Shown one piece after another: positions 1-9,662 of a DNA stretch of 64,000 bases (position 1 is its first letter; each line of letters begins with the position of its first letter). The stretch comes from Candidatus Heimdallarchaeota archaeon (lineage in GTDB: Archaea > Asgardarchaeota > Heimdallarchaeia > Heimdallarchaeales > Heimdallarchaeaceae), in the NCBI GenBank assembly GCA_019057815.1, contig JAHLWR010000018.1, forward strand, positions 11,328 through 75,327, in the 5' to 3' direction. A program made the position numbers and the translations under genes. The notes under the pieces are model-generated. The model did no database searches. It saw nothing but the letters and a program-made list of their open reading frames with translations, and was not told where the DNA came from.

Positions 1-2758
1 TTATTAATGAAGCTTCAACTATTATTGGTCCCCATGATACTTTCACTATCAATTGAATTGTCCATGATTCACGTCCATACGGAGATCTGATAGAAAAAAC
101 ATATTCTCCACCAGTTAGCTCAACTTCAGCTGGTACAACAGAAATAATATATGTTCCATTACCATAATCATTATGGGTTGTATATCTGACAACTACTTCG
201 TCACCTTTTTCAAAGGTTGCATAAAATTCCCATGCACTCAAGGGCTTGTAATCGTTAAAAACATTGATTTTTACAGTTATTTCATCTTTTGTATAATATT
301 CCTCGTTCACACCTTCGTATGTGAAATTTATGTTCGTTATAGTAGATCGATATATAAGATTATCAAGAAACATATTATTGTGGGCATAATTTAACGACAT
401 TACTCTACTATCATAGTCAGATAGGTATGAAGAATAAGCATAAGGAGAGTTAAGAAACATTTCAATATTGTTCGCAGCTATTACCAATGAACCATTAGAA
501 GGTTGAGCGCTTGAAATAGCAAATCTATTTTCTACTGTTTGTGCTGTTCCTTCCAAATCAATTACATCAAAAGGTTCTGGGATATAGATTTGGTATATCA
601 AATTAGGTATATTGGTTAGTATTGTATATGAATACGGGCTTATAGAAAGCAACTGACTTGAAACATTTGCATCTTGATATTCTAATCCAACAGGTTGTAA
701 AATATCATTTATGGCATTTAAATTGCTCCCTTCTGTTGGAAGCACTAATAACCCACCACCACTATATGCACCGTCGGGAGTAATATAATCTTTCAATACA
801 GCAATATCTTCGCTAGTATAAGTATGATATGAAGTATTCTTGAAATTTATTAGAGCAATCATTTCAAAATCATTTAAATTCATGTTTCTGAATGATTGGT
901 GATTAATATCCCGTGTGTTTAAAACTGGAATGAAACCTCTGCTTTGAGTGTAAGCGAGAATATCATATATTGAGCCATATGGTGTTATTATAAAATTATC
1001 AGCTTCTTCTACAAAATCGAATAACATCCTCCCAGAGCCTTTAACAACTTCAAAATTAACTGCTAAAGTATATACTACCTTATCTATAGTAATAAAGATT
1101 AAATCATTATACACAGAACTATAGCAATCTTCTGTAGAAAAGTGTAATTCAATATCGTATTGTTTTTCGTTTAGGTTGAGAGGAACATTGCTTAGGGACA
1201 CTATTTTAGATAATCTAGAACCCATATCAATTTCAAAATCTTCTGAATTTCCATAACTGATTATATGAAATATTAAAGTGTGCTGTGTATTTATGTAAAG
1301 ATACTGTTTGATCAATGGAACTTCAAAAGGCCAAATAGTTACAAGCGGAAGATTCGCTAAAAATAGTGATGCTATCACACTATTAGGTAAACCTGCTCCT
1401 TGATATAAAACCGATGGTTCAATTTCAATATCACCAACAGGAGAATTAACTTCTATATTTTGTTTGGTAGATGATTCTATTAAGGAACCTTTTATCGTTG
1501 ATGCTTTTTTTTCTGGGAATTCCTGTTTTAATAATGAACATAATCCAGATACTACAGCTGTCGCATAACTTGTTCCTGAGACTATTTTTGAAGAACCAAC
1601 TGTTGTTGAAGTTGTGTTAATCATAACTCCGGGAGCTACAAGATCAGGTTTTAACCAGGTTTTATCATATGTTGCAGAATCATATAAATATTGCAGTGTG
1701 CTTTTATTCAAGTTTACCGCAACAGGACCAGCACTGCTATGTTCGAATAAAATACCATTTCCATCGACAGCGCCTACAGTAATTCCTTGAGTTGCTATTC
1801 CAGGGCTTAAAACAGTAAATAAGTCATTATATCCAAATTCTTCAATATCTCGAGCATTTCCAGCTGCTACACAAACAATTACTCCAGAATCTACAGCTGT
1901 ATTAACTGCTTCAACTTCTGGTGCTTCCAAACTTGATACATAGCGGCCAACTGATAAATTTATAATATCAGCATCATTTTCAATAGCCCAATCTATTGCT
2001 TCTATCATATCTTCAACAGTGCCTGTTCCATAGGAATCAATGATTTTACCTATTAGAAAAAGAGAATTGGGGGCAACACCGCGCATATAACCATAGTGTC
2101 CATTACTTCCAATAATCCCACCAATGTATGTCCCATGACCATAATCATCATCAACATCTAAAGAATTTTCTAAGAAGTTCCAAGAATCGATAATCCTACT
2201 TTCTCCGTCCATTGTGTGTGATAAAGATGGATGATCAAGCTTTAAACCACTGTCAAGAATGGCGATTTTTATATCATCACCATAATAATCTTTATTCCAC
2301 ATATATTGAGCATTAATTTGATCTGTGAAATTGCATACAGTTCGACTAGTGTCTATTTTCCCAGAAACATAATTATCATCAAGAGCATAAATTTCAGAAT
2401 TCTTCCAAATAGAAGCGATTTTTTGCTCTTCAACTAATCTAACTATATCATATTTAGATAGTGTAACTGCTATACCACTGTAGGATAAAAACGTCTGAAC
2501 GTTTTTCCCAATATGCACTAAATCTCTAATAGTGTATAATGAAGATAGTTCTACAAAAATCCTAAATTCCTCGATAATACTTGCACTTTCAATTTCGTTT
2601 AAGAAAGATTCTTCCTTTATCACTTGCTCAAATTCTAAGATTTCATTCTTTTCCGAATGGATTGTATTTGTATATGCAAATGAACCATATGAGAAGAAAC
2701 AACAACCTATAAGCACTAAACAATATAAGATTTTTAAAGAACGTTTAATTGAATACAC
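1..2758 (-). CDS. Secreted S8 (subtilisin-family) serine peptidase, large, 3' end outside the window
   Basis: Missing from the ORF track because no stop lies in the window. Segments translated by hand from a GTG at 2758: signal-peptide-like MYSIKRSLKILYCLVLIGCCFFSYGSFA, IAILDSG (Asp), DDYGHGT (His), VAAGN (oxyanion), KPDLVAPG, SGTSYA (Ser, ~1562-1579). The same frame is open at position 2. Confidence 0.9.
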   Translation of the reverse strand, partial: MYSIKRSLKILYCLVLIGCCFFSYGSFAYTNTIHSEKNEILEFEQVIKEESFLNEIESASIIEEFRIFVELSSLYTIRDLVHIGKNVQTFLSYSGIAVTLSKYDIVRLVEEQKIASIWKNSEIYALDDNYVSGKIDTSRTVCNFTDQINAQYMWNKDYYGDDIKIAILDSGLKLDHPSLSHTMDGESRIIDSWNFLENSLDVDDDYGHGTYIGGIIGSNGHYGYMRGVAPNSLFLIGKIIDSYGTGTVEDMIEAIDWAIENDADIINLSVGRYVSSLEAPEVEAVNTAVDSGVIVCVAAGNARDIEEFGYNDLFTVLSPGIATQGITVGAVDGNGILFEHSSAGPVAVNLNKSTLQYLYDSATYDKTWLKPDLVAPGVMINTTSTTVGSSKIVSGTSYATAVVSGLCSLLKQEFPEKKASTIKGSLIESSTKQNIEVNSPVGDIEIEPSVLYQGAGLPNSVIASLFLANLPLVTIWPFEVPLIKQYLYINTQHTLIFHIISYGNSEDFEIDMGSRLSKIVSLSNVPLNLNEKQYDIELHFSTEDCYSSVYNDLIFITIDKVVYTLAVNFEVVKGSGRMLFDFVEEADNFIITPYGSIYDILAYTQSRGFIPVLNTRDINHQSFRNMNLNDFEMIALINFKNTSYHTYTSEDIAVLKDYITPDGAYSGGGLLVLPTEGSNLNAINDILQPVGLEYQDANVSSQLLSISPYSYTILTNIPNLIYQIYIPEPFDVIDLEGTAQTVENRFAISSAQPSNGSLVIAANNIEMFLNSPYAYSSYLSDYDSRVMSLNYAHNNMFLDNLIYRSTITNINFTYEGVNEEYYTKDEITVKINVFNDYKPLSAWEFYATFEKGDEVVVRYTTHNDYGNGTYIISVVPAEVELTGGEYVFSIRSPYGRESWTIQLIVKVSWGPIIVEASLI

Positions 2759-2814
2759 GAAAATAATGTTCTAACAATGATATAAAAATTTAGGGGGAGA
2801 AACCACATAAGACA

Positions 2815-3687
2815 TTAAGATTTTTCCTCGCCCACTATGTCCAAAAGGGAGTTAATTATCACATCGGGAGACAATCCTGAAGGCATTTTCACTAATTCAT
2901 CTAATGAAGAGGTTCCTGAATTCACGAAACAAGCAAGAATCCCGAAATTCTTAGCACCTACAATATCAGTTTCCAATCTGTCACCAAACATCATCACTTT
3001 TTCCTTAGGGCACTTTGCCATGTCTACAGCAATCTCATACATCAAGGGTTGGGGTTTACCTACAATCTTTTCCACCTTTTTCCCAGACAATTTCTCAAGG
3101 ATATCAATCATAGCACCCCCACCAGGAATAAGCCCGTTTTTTGTAGGGAAAGTTATGTCAGCATTGGTTGCAATAAATCGAATATCAGAATCAATATTCC
3201 CTAAAATATTCATAGCTCTCGTAATCTTAACATAGTTAAGATTTCTATCCATACCTGTTACAACATAATCAATATTTGAAAATGCAAAATCAAAGACATC
3301 TTCATCATTTCTTTCAGGATAATTATTAACGATTCTTAAACCAGCATCTTCTAATTCCTTCTTCAATCCCCCTTCACCAATAACATATACAGAAGCATTA
3401 GGAGATTCGTCTGAAATAAATTTTGCAGTTAAAAATGCTGATGTAAGAATTCGTTTTTCTTCCAATTCAACCCCCATTGTGCTTAATTTTTCTTGAAATT
3501 CAACTCTTGTTTTTGTGCTATTATTTGTCAACAAGAAGACTTCCTTTTGCTGTTCTTGTAGTATTGTAAGAACTTCTAAAGCTCCAGGCAAAGGTTCGTT
3601 TTCTTTATAGAGAACACCATCACCATCGAATAGCCAAGCATCTATTTCATTAAATGCACATTCTATCCTAGAATTCATTCTTGACAA
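2815..3687 (-). CDS. HAD-IIA hydrolase (NagD/PGP-like phosphatase)
   Basis: FDGDGVL motif I, LLTNNS, ATNAD, GKP and GDRLETDI motifs. Confidence 0.9.
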   Translation of the reverse strand: MSRMNSRIECAFNEIDAWLFDGDGVLYKENEPLPGALEVLTILQEQQKEVFLLTNNSTKTRVEFQEKLSTMGVELEEKRILTSAFLTAKFISDESPNASVYVIGEGGLKKELEDAGLRIVNNYPERNDEDVFDFAFSNIDYVVTGMDRNLNYVKITRAMNILGNIDSDIRFIATNADITFPTKNGLIPGGGAMIDILEKLSGKKVEKIVGKPQPLMYEIAVDMAKCPKEKVMMFGDRLETDIVGAKNFGILACFVNSGTSSLDELVKMPSGLSPDVIINSLLDIVGEEKS

Positions 3688-3866
3688 TTATTAATTATAT
3701 ATTGATAAATTCTCTGAATAAGACAAATAAGATGTATTTGAAAAGAAACAGAGTTCATTAATATTGCTAAACTTTAGAATGAAATTCATAGTAATTGACT
3801 CATATTCAAAAAAATTTAGTGTAAAATTGGAGAAAGATTTTTACATAGCTATATGATATTTAGTTT

Positions 3867-5318
3867 ATGTCATATGTGGAAAAGGCGCTGTATCGTTACA
3901 TTAAAACAATTTTTACATCAGGTCTTCGCGTATTATTTAGCAAGAAATATATCTTGTACACCATAGCATTTATTCTTATAACAATTAACTCAACTGTATT
4001 CTACTTAATTCAAAAAGGCATTCATGATCACGCGATCAAAGATACTTTAGGGAAAGTAGTAGATATTTTGATAGCTATAGAATTGTCTGCTGCAATTTCT
4101 TATCTAATTTTTGGAATGTTCTTTTCCCGATATGCATTAAAATATTGGATTATTCCACTAATATTAACAATAGGTGGAGGAGCAGTTTTAATTCACTTCA
4201 TTCCCGATATTTCTCCTTTTGTAGCAGCATTATGTTACATTGGCTGGATTATTGTTTCTGTGTTTCTTACATTTGCCCTATCCCGTAATTTCTTTGGTAA
4301 TAAGGTTCTGGGCAGTGTAATGTTTTTAGGGAAATCAGCTGAAGAAGGATCTATTCTCTTTAGTGGAGTTGTTTTTGTTCTCAGTTTGGTTAATACTGGA
4401 TGTGCTGGATACTTAATCTATTCTGCAGTAGTTAACACTATACAAATTTCACTTATAATAGTTGCACTAACAGTAATAATTGCAGTTGCAATCATAAATT
4501 TTGTTATTTTCAAGCTAGGAAAGAAAGATGATGTTTTCTATACAATCTTAGCATTTTTCTATGTTTTTTCTTCATTCACTCTATGGAAATTAACAATCTA
4601 TACATACCGTGGAGATGCAGCTAGCGATAATGTTGGAAGCATGTTGATAACACTCTTCTTTATTTTTTATACTATGTCCAATTATGGTAAGAAGGTTAAG
4701 AAAATAGAAAAACAAGTAGCAGAAGAATTTGAAGAAAGTGTTATAGAAGGTACTGTCAAGAAGAAAAAAAGGGAGGAAGAAGAGGAAGAAGCATTAGAAA
4801 AATGGTCCTTACTTAAAATCCCATTTAAATTAGGACCTCTAGGAGTTCTGATGAGTATAATGGGTTTAGTTCTAGGTTATCACGTAACTTATTTACAATT
4901 TCTATCAGAAGAAGATCTTTTTAGCGGAATCTTCTTTATGAATAAAACAGAACTCGCAGGTTTGAAAGATAAATTTGCTTTAATACTTATAGCATTTTTG
5001 ATAATTTACTTCCTTTTAAGCTATCGATGGTCTGAAGGTTTTAGAGAATATTCTTCTCCAGAGCTTTATAGATTTGAGTTTTTACCACCTTTTGAGGAAT
5101 TAGTTGAACGAATTGAACGAATCAAGAGCGGAGAAGAATCTTGGAAAGATTATGCAAAGATGGCAATAAAAGAAGGAACAAAAATAGGAGTTAAATCTGC
5201 TGCTAGAAAAGCTTTTGTTTCTCCAACAAAAAGGGTAACTGGTGCTATAACTGGGGCCTATTCCTCAACAAAAAAGAATATTACGCGAGTCTTTAGCTGG
5301 AAAAAGAAAGATGATTAG
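3867..5318 (+). CDS. Multi-pass membrane protein, unknown function
   Basis: About 11-12 hydrophobic segments, a charged K/E-rich loop and a basic C-terminus. Confidence 0.75.
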   Translation: MSYVEKALYRYIKTIFTSGLRVLFSKKYILYTIAFILITINSTVFYLIQKGIHDHAIKDTLGKVVDILIAIELSAAISYLIFGMFFSRYALKYWIIPLILTIGGGAVLIHFIPDISPFVAALCYIGWIIVSVFLTFALSRNFFGNKVLGSVMFLGKSAEEGSILFSGVVFVLSLVNTGCAGYLIYSAVVNTIQISLIIVALTVIIAVAIINFVIFKLGKKDDVFYTILAFFYVFSSFTLWKLTIYTYRGDAASDNVGSMLITLFFIFYTMSNYGKKVKKIEKQVAEEFEESVIEGTVKKKKREEEEEEALEKWSLLKIPFKLGPLGVLMSIMGLVLGYHVTYLQFLSEEDLFSGIFFMNKTELAGLKDKFALILIAFLIIYFLLSYRWSEGFREYSSPELYRFEFLPPFEELVERIERIKSGEESWKDYAKMAIKEGTKIGVKSAARKAFVSPTKRVTGAITGAYSSTKKNITRVFSWKKKDD

Positions 5319-5335
5319 AAAGAGGAAGGACAAGA

Positions 5336-7465
5336 CTAAGATGTTTCCTCAATCAATGTTAACTTAGAAAGGTAAGCAATAAACTCTTTCTTTACATTAT
5401 TCCTCTTACCTTCATAGAATTTGAAGGATCCAACTACTTCATGTCCTCCACCCTGAATTCCTGCTTCAGGAATCTTCTTCTGTAAATATTGTATTGCTTC
5501 AGGGATGTTGATTTTAACACCTTTTGATCTCAGTATCAGAAAATCAGGTCCTTCTCCGAATGTGATTATTGCTTTTCCTTCATTTTTATTGCAGAAATGG
5601 TCAAATACTTGCCCAGTTATTTTTCCTGGATTGGGGAATGTAAAGCGATGAGTATAAAGTTCAACATCAACTGATACTAACATCAACCCATTCTCCAATT
5701 CTTTTGAGCGTGAATGAAGTAATATATTATCTACTGAAGTTTTCATCAGTTTAGTGGCTTCATCACTAAGTAAATCAGACATCTTTTGATGCCAGTTTTT
5801 ATCCACATCCACACCTAAAAGAATATGAATCAGCTGATTTCCTTCTGAAAAACGTAATTGAAAGAGTTCAAAATCTACAGCTAATCCTATCTTTTTTAAT
5901 TGATTAATTTTATACCCTTTTTCCTTTGCTAACTCTATGTAATCTTTAATCTCATCTCCTTCAACCCTATCCATTAAACCAGCTATAGCAGGTAAGTGCT
6001 TGAGAGTTTCAGTTACAGTAGGGTTAATTAGTCTCGCTAATTCGTAACCTAACATTCCCCCTGAAAGCTCGTATCCTCCTCCTGCAAAATAGGGGTTTAC
6101 GTGAATATCAACTATTTCTTGGATTTTTTTATCGGGAAAATGATGATCTATAACGATGATTTCTTGGTCTAGTGATTTTATTTGTAAATAAGCGAAAAGA
6201 GATTCAGTTGAAGAACCGAAATCTAAGCAGATAAACAAAGGTAGCTTATCACCAAAGCGCTTTTGGTCGTTAAGTGCAAAATCAAGATCCCTAGTTACAT
6301 CAATCAATTCATAGAACGGTGGTTTGTTAGGTAGCCTTTTGACTCTGATTCTAATTGTATCAGTGTCATATCCTTCACTTTCCATCAATTTTATTATAGC
6401 ATATTGAACTGAGAACCCAGCTATAACTCCATCAGCATCAGCGTGGTGTCGAACATAGATTGGTTGTCCCGTAAAGAGTGCTTTTCTGATTTTTTTCGCT
6501 GCTTTTTCCAATTCAGGTTTAAGCTTTTTTAGTAATGGACTTTTAATTAAGAAGTCAATTTTCTCTGGTTGAGATTTTTTATCTATTGCTTTCTCAATTT
6601 TATTTAGAAAATCTTGTGTTTCTTTAATATCTAACTCTTCTAGATCCTTGATTTCGATTTGTATTGAATCTTTAAATGTTGTAATATCTCCAAATACTTG
6701 AACAATCATCTCTTCTTTTATTTCAGGAAAAGCTCTTACTCCAGCTTTTGTGAATGCTGCACCATTTATAGACCCACTAGTGTCAACAAATGTAAAACGT
6801 GTAGGTCCTGAAGTTTGCATGATTGAAACAATTTTTGCTTTAAACGATATGAATGAACCCTCTCTCTCTGGAGCAATATCTAGAATTTGAAAGTCTCTAA
6901 CTTTACCCCTTAAAGATTCAACAGCATAATCCTTTAATGATTTAGGGACACCATAAAATTTTCCTTTTTCGCTAATGGATTGAATTTCTACAATAACTTC
7001 TTCTCCGATATCCCACGCATAATCACTAGTTTGATCTTGGGATCGAATCAGAACATTGATTCCTTCAGCTATTTTTACAAATACACCTATCCTCTTAACA
7101 CCATCGACTCTTGAAAGGAATAACATTTCTTTTCGTACTAATTGAACATCTATTGGTGGTTTTAACACATAAATAAGAGGTTTAGTTAGAGAAGAACATT
7201 TTTGGCATAGCCCTGAAGGAGAACCAGTTCTAATAAGTTTTTTACATTGAGAACAGTAAAGTACAGTTTTATTTCCCTCACAAGTTGGGCATTTTTCATG
7301 TGTTAGTACTTTTCCTTTTCCTTTACATGTTTCACAAATATCACCTTCTTTTTTAGGACTTCCTAAAGAAAATGAAGTTTTCCCTATACCCAGACAAGTA
7401 GGGCATGTCATTTTGTCTTTAACTATTTTACCAGTACCTTTACACGTTGGACATTTAGCTTTCAA
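5336..7465 (-). CDS. RecJ-like DHH phosphoesterase with N-terminal DnaJ-type zinc finger and OB folds (COG1107-like)
   Basis: Repeated CxxCxGxG, HHADADG, LDFGS, IDHH and GGGH motifs. Confidence 0.9.
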   Translation of the reverse strand: MKAKCPTCKGTGKIVKDKMTCPTCLGIGKTSFSLGSPKKEGDICETCKGKGKVLTHEKCPTCEGNKTVLYCSQCKKLIRTGSPSGLCQKCSSLTKPLIYVLKPPIDVQLVRKEMLFLSRVDGVKRIGVFVKIAEGINVLIRSQDQTSDYAWDIGEEVIVEIQSISEKGKFYGVPKSLKDYAVESLRGKVRDFQILDIAPEREGSFISFKAKIVSIMQTSGPTRFTFVDTSGSINGAAFTKAGVRAFPEIKEEMIVQVFGDITTFKDSIQIEIKDLEELDIKETQDFLNKIEKAIDKKSQPEKIDFLIKSPLLKKLKPELEKAAKKIRKALFTGQPIYVRHHADADGVIAGFSVQYAIIKLMESEGYDTDTIRIRVKRLPNKPPFYELIDVTRDLDFALNDQKRFGDKLPLFICLDFGSSTESLFAYLQIKSLDQEIIVIDHHFPDKKIQEIVDIHVNPYFAGGGYELSGGMLGYELARLINPTVTETLKHLPAIAGLMDRVEGDEIKDYIELAKEKGYKINQLKKIGLAVDFELFQLRFSEGNQLIHILLGVDVDKNWHQKMSDLLSDEATKLMKTSVDNILLHSRSKELENGLMLVSVDVELYTHRFTFPNPGKITGQVFDHFCNKNEGKAIITFGEGPDFLILRSKGVKINIPEAIQYLQKKIPEAGIQGGGHEVVGSFKFYEGKRNNVKKEFIAYLSKLTLIEETS

Positions 7466-7532
7466 GATTCAAACACCTTTTGAGGAGATATGCTTCTACA
7501 AAATATGTAGTAAAAAAAATTGTGGTAATAGA

Positions 7533-7919
7533 TTAGTCTGGAATTAGAGATATTTCGCTGAAATTAAGTAATCTGGTAAAGATTATATTTACTAATTCAA
7601 GTTTTAATTTCGCAGAATCATCGTTAAATCTTTCTGCAGCTATATATATTTTCATTGACATCTCCACATCTCCAAAAACGTAGTGAATATAAAATGCCAA
7701 GTCTTTAGCGTCTGAAACGTTCTCTGATTCTTCGCAAGTACAAACGTGTTGTTGGATAATCTCTTGATCTATTTTCTCTATACAACTGTATAGGTCTTCT
7801 AAATTTGAAGATGAACAAATAACTTCTTTAGTTTCTGGGTGGACAAATTTAAATCTTGCATTTGTCCCTGTTTCATTTTGAGCCATTTTTGACAATATTT
7901 TTAGAGATGTAACATCCAA
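7533..7919 (-). CDS. Small hypothetical protein, DUF5752-like
   Basis: SNLEDLY..IEKI....IQQH...DLAFYIHYVFGD.E resembles the DUF5752 pattern; co-oriented with the roadblock gene. Confidence 0.45.
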   Translation of the reverse strand: MDVTSLKILSKMAQNETGTNARFKFVHPETKEVICSSSNLEDLYSCIEKIDQEIIQQHVCTCEESENVSDAKDLAFYIHYVFGDVEMSMKIYIAAERFNDDSAKLKLELVNIIFTRLLNFSEISLIPD

Positions 7920-7941
7920 AACTCTTCAAATCCTTCATTTA

Positions 7942-8334
7942 TTACTTTATTAAATTCAGCATTGGGGCTAATTCTTTAAGTAACTGTTTAATATTATGCT
8001 CTAGCAGACCTCTATTTTCGTCTTTATTTGCTATAATCACGACATAGAAATCTTCAGCTATTGGTCTGAGAAAAATTAAAATCTCCTTTTCCTCAATTGT
8101 TACACTCATTAGTGTGTGTTCTTTCATTAACTGCTGAAGCGATTCTTTAGCTAGTGAAAGTACTTTTTCACTTAACCATTGTATAACAAGACGCTCAAAC
8201 TTTTGTGAAGATTCAGCCAATATCAGAGCTTCCTTAGCTAAGATAATAGAACAGCCTAATATCCCTTCAGTATTTTCTTCAAACTTCTGAAGAACTTCCT
8301 CAATTTGCTTCCCAGATACGCTCATGATAATCAC
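7942..8334 (-). CDS. Roadblock/LC7 domain protein
   Basis: 130 aa; IEEVLQKF..NTEGILGCSII...ALILAES; alpha-beta-beta-alpha-beta-beta-beta-alpha pattern ending GLLEHNIKQL. Confidence 0.85.
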   Translation of the reverse strand: MIIMSVSGKQIEEVLQKFEENTEGILGCSIILAKEALILAESSQKFERLVIQWLSEKVLSLAKESLQQLMKEHTLMSVTIEEKEILIFLRPIAEDFYVVIIANKDENRGLLEHNIKQLLKELAPMLNLIK

Positions 8335-8432
8335 TGTTTACAAAGTATATCGTTTTGCTTTTATAAGTAATAAAAATAATAGTATATCAATTTTATCATT
8401 ATCTAATTTTTCCAATTATGATTAATAGTTTC

Positions 8433-9413
8433 CTATTCTAGTTGCTTTCTAACAAAGAACAATATTCTTGAAATATGAGGAATCATAGATCTTAATTCAT
8501 CTTCTGAACTTCCAAATAAAACAGATCTAATTCCATGTTTTTCTGAGATTTTTGGTACAATCCAGATTTTTTCTCCTTCTACATTATATTCTTTTGGCTC
8601 GCTTTCAATCATTTTTCCATTTTTACTCGTAATTATAGGATTATTCAAGATAAATTGAATTAAAGGAAAAACATCATCCATATCTCTTCTTCCAAAAGAA
8701 AATGAAACGATTTTATCTTCAGTCAATATGACAAAAAGGCTTGTAACTAGACTCTTATACCCTAAGAAGAAGTTGCTTAAAGTTCGCTTTATTATATCTG
8801 TTTTTTTGATTGAAATAATTTCTTCATTCATCAAACCATCAAAATAAAATGTTTCTGTTTTTACATCAGGTATTGAAGTAGTTGTTGGTAGTGATACTAT
8901 AGAAGTTTCATCTTTTTTAACTTGGATTGAATTTTTTTCTTTCTTTTTTCTTATTTCTGCGATTAGTTCTATAGGGAGAACTGTTTCTACTGACCCTAGA
9001 AGCGATTTTATATTTGTAATATCTGTGTCAGTAGCTAACACACTATAACGTATTTTGAGATTTTCTATCAGAAGTTTTTCTTGTTCCTTTGTCAGCGTTT
9101 CTTTTGCTATTAAAACTAGTAGCCTATTATCATGAAGTGGTTGAAAAAGAAATTTACATGAACCAAAATCAATTTCGTTTATTACTTCTTCTCCTATTGA
9201 AAACGTATAACTACAAAGTGCAGATAGGAAACCCAAAATTAAGTACTCATCAATACTTAGAAAATCTGAGAATTTTTCACTATGTAGACTGATGCCTTCC
9301 TCTATAATATAAATGGCATAAAGATTTTGATTACATATTGAAAGGTCTGCACTCATTTGATATGATATCTCGTTATTATTTAAGATTTTTTTCATTACTC
9401 TTTTGAAAATCAT
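8433..9413 (-). CDS. Longin-like N-terminal domain, linker and divergent roadblock-like C-terminal domain (true start possibly 9356)
   Basis: LYAIYII..GISL...DEYLILGFLSALCSY..SIG...INEIDFG is the typical Asgard longin signature; the C-terminal ~120 aa resembles those of 11049, 12952 and 13576. Confidence 0.65.
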   Translation of the reverse strand: MIFKRVMKKILNNNEISYQMSADLSICNQNLYAIYIIEEGISLHSEKFSDFLSIDEYLILGFLSALCSYTFSIGEEVINEIDFGSCKFLFQPLHDNRLLVLIAKETLTKEQEKLLIENLKIRYSVLATDTDITNIKSLLGSVETVLPIELIAEIRKKKEKNSIQVKKDETSIVSLPTTTSIPDVKTETFYFDGLMNEEIISIKKTDIIKRTLSNFFLGYKSLVTSLFVILTEDKIVSFSFGRRDMDDVFPLIQFILNNPIITSKNGKMIESEPKEYNVEGEKIWIVPKISEKHGIRSVLFGSSEDELRSMIPHISRILFFVRKQLE

Positions 9414-9427
9414 GCTTAAAAAATATT

Positions 9428-9466
9428 TTTTCCACTTTAATTTTCCACTTTAATTTTCCACTTTAA
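9428..9466 (+). repeat. Three perfect tandem copies of 13-bp TTTTCCACTTTAA
   Basis: Units at 9428-9440, 9441-9453 and 9454-9466, between divergent genes. Confidence 0.95.
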
Positions 9467-9662
9467 TAATGTTATTTAGATACCTTTTATTAACAATACA
9501 GAGTCTTTAAGAATAGAAGAAGAAAATATAAAATATCAAATATGTCTACCAAAAGCGTTGAATGCGAGATATAGTAATTTGATAGACTAAGAAAACTTAA
9601 TAAGAAATAAAATTAAATACAGATAGAGATTCTCAAAGCATCCTCAAACAAGTGGTAACTTT

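Noticed and set aside
173-2774. Short plus-strand ORFs 173-394 and 2532-2774
   Set aside because: They lie antisense to the S8 protease, which has clear catalytic motifs
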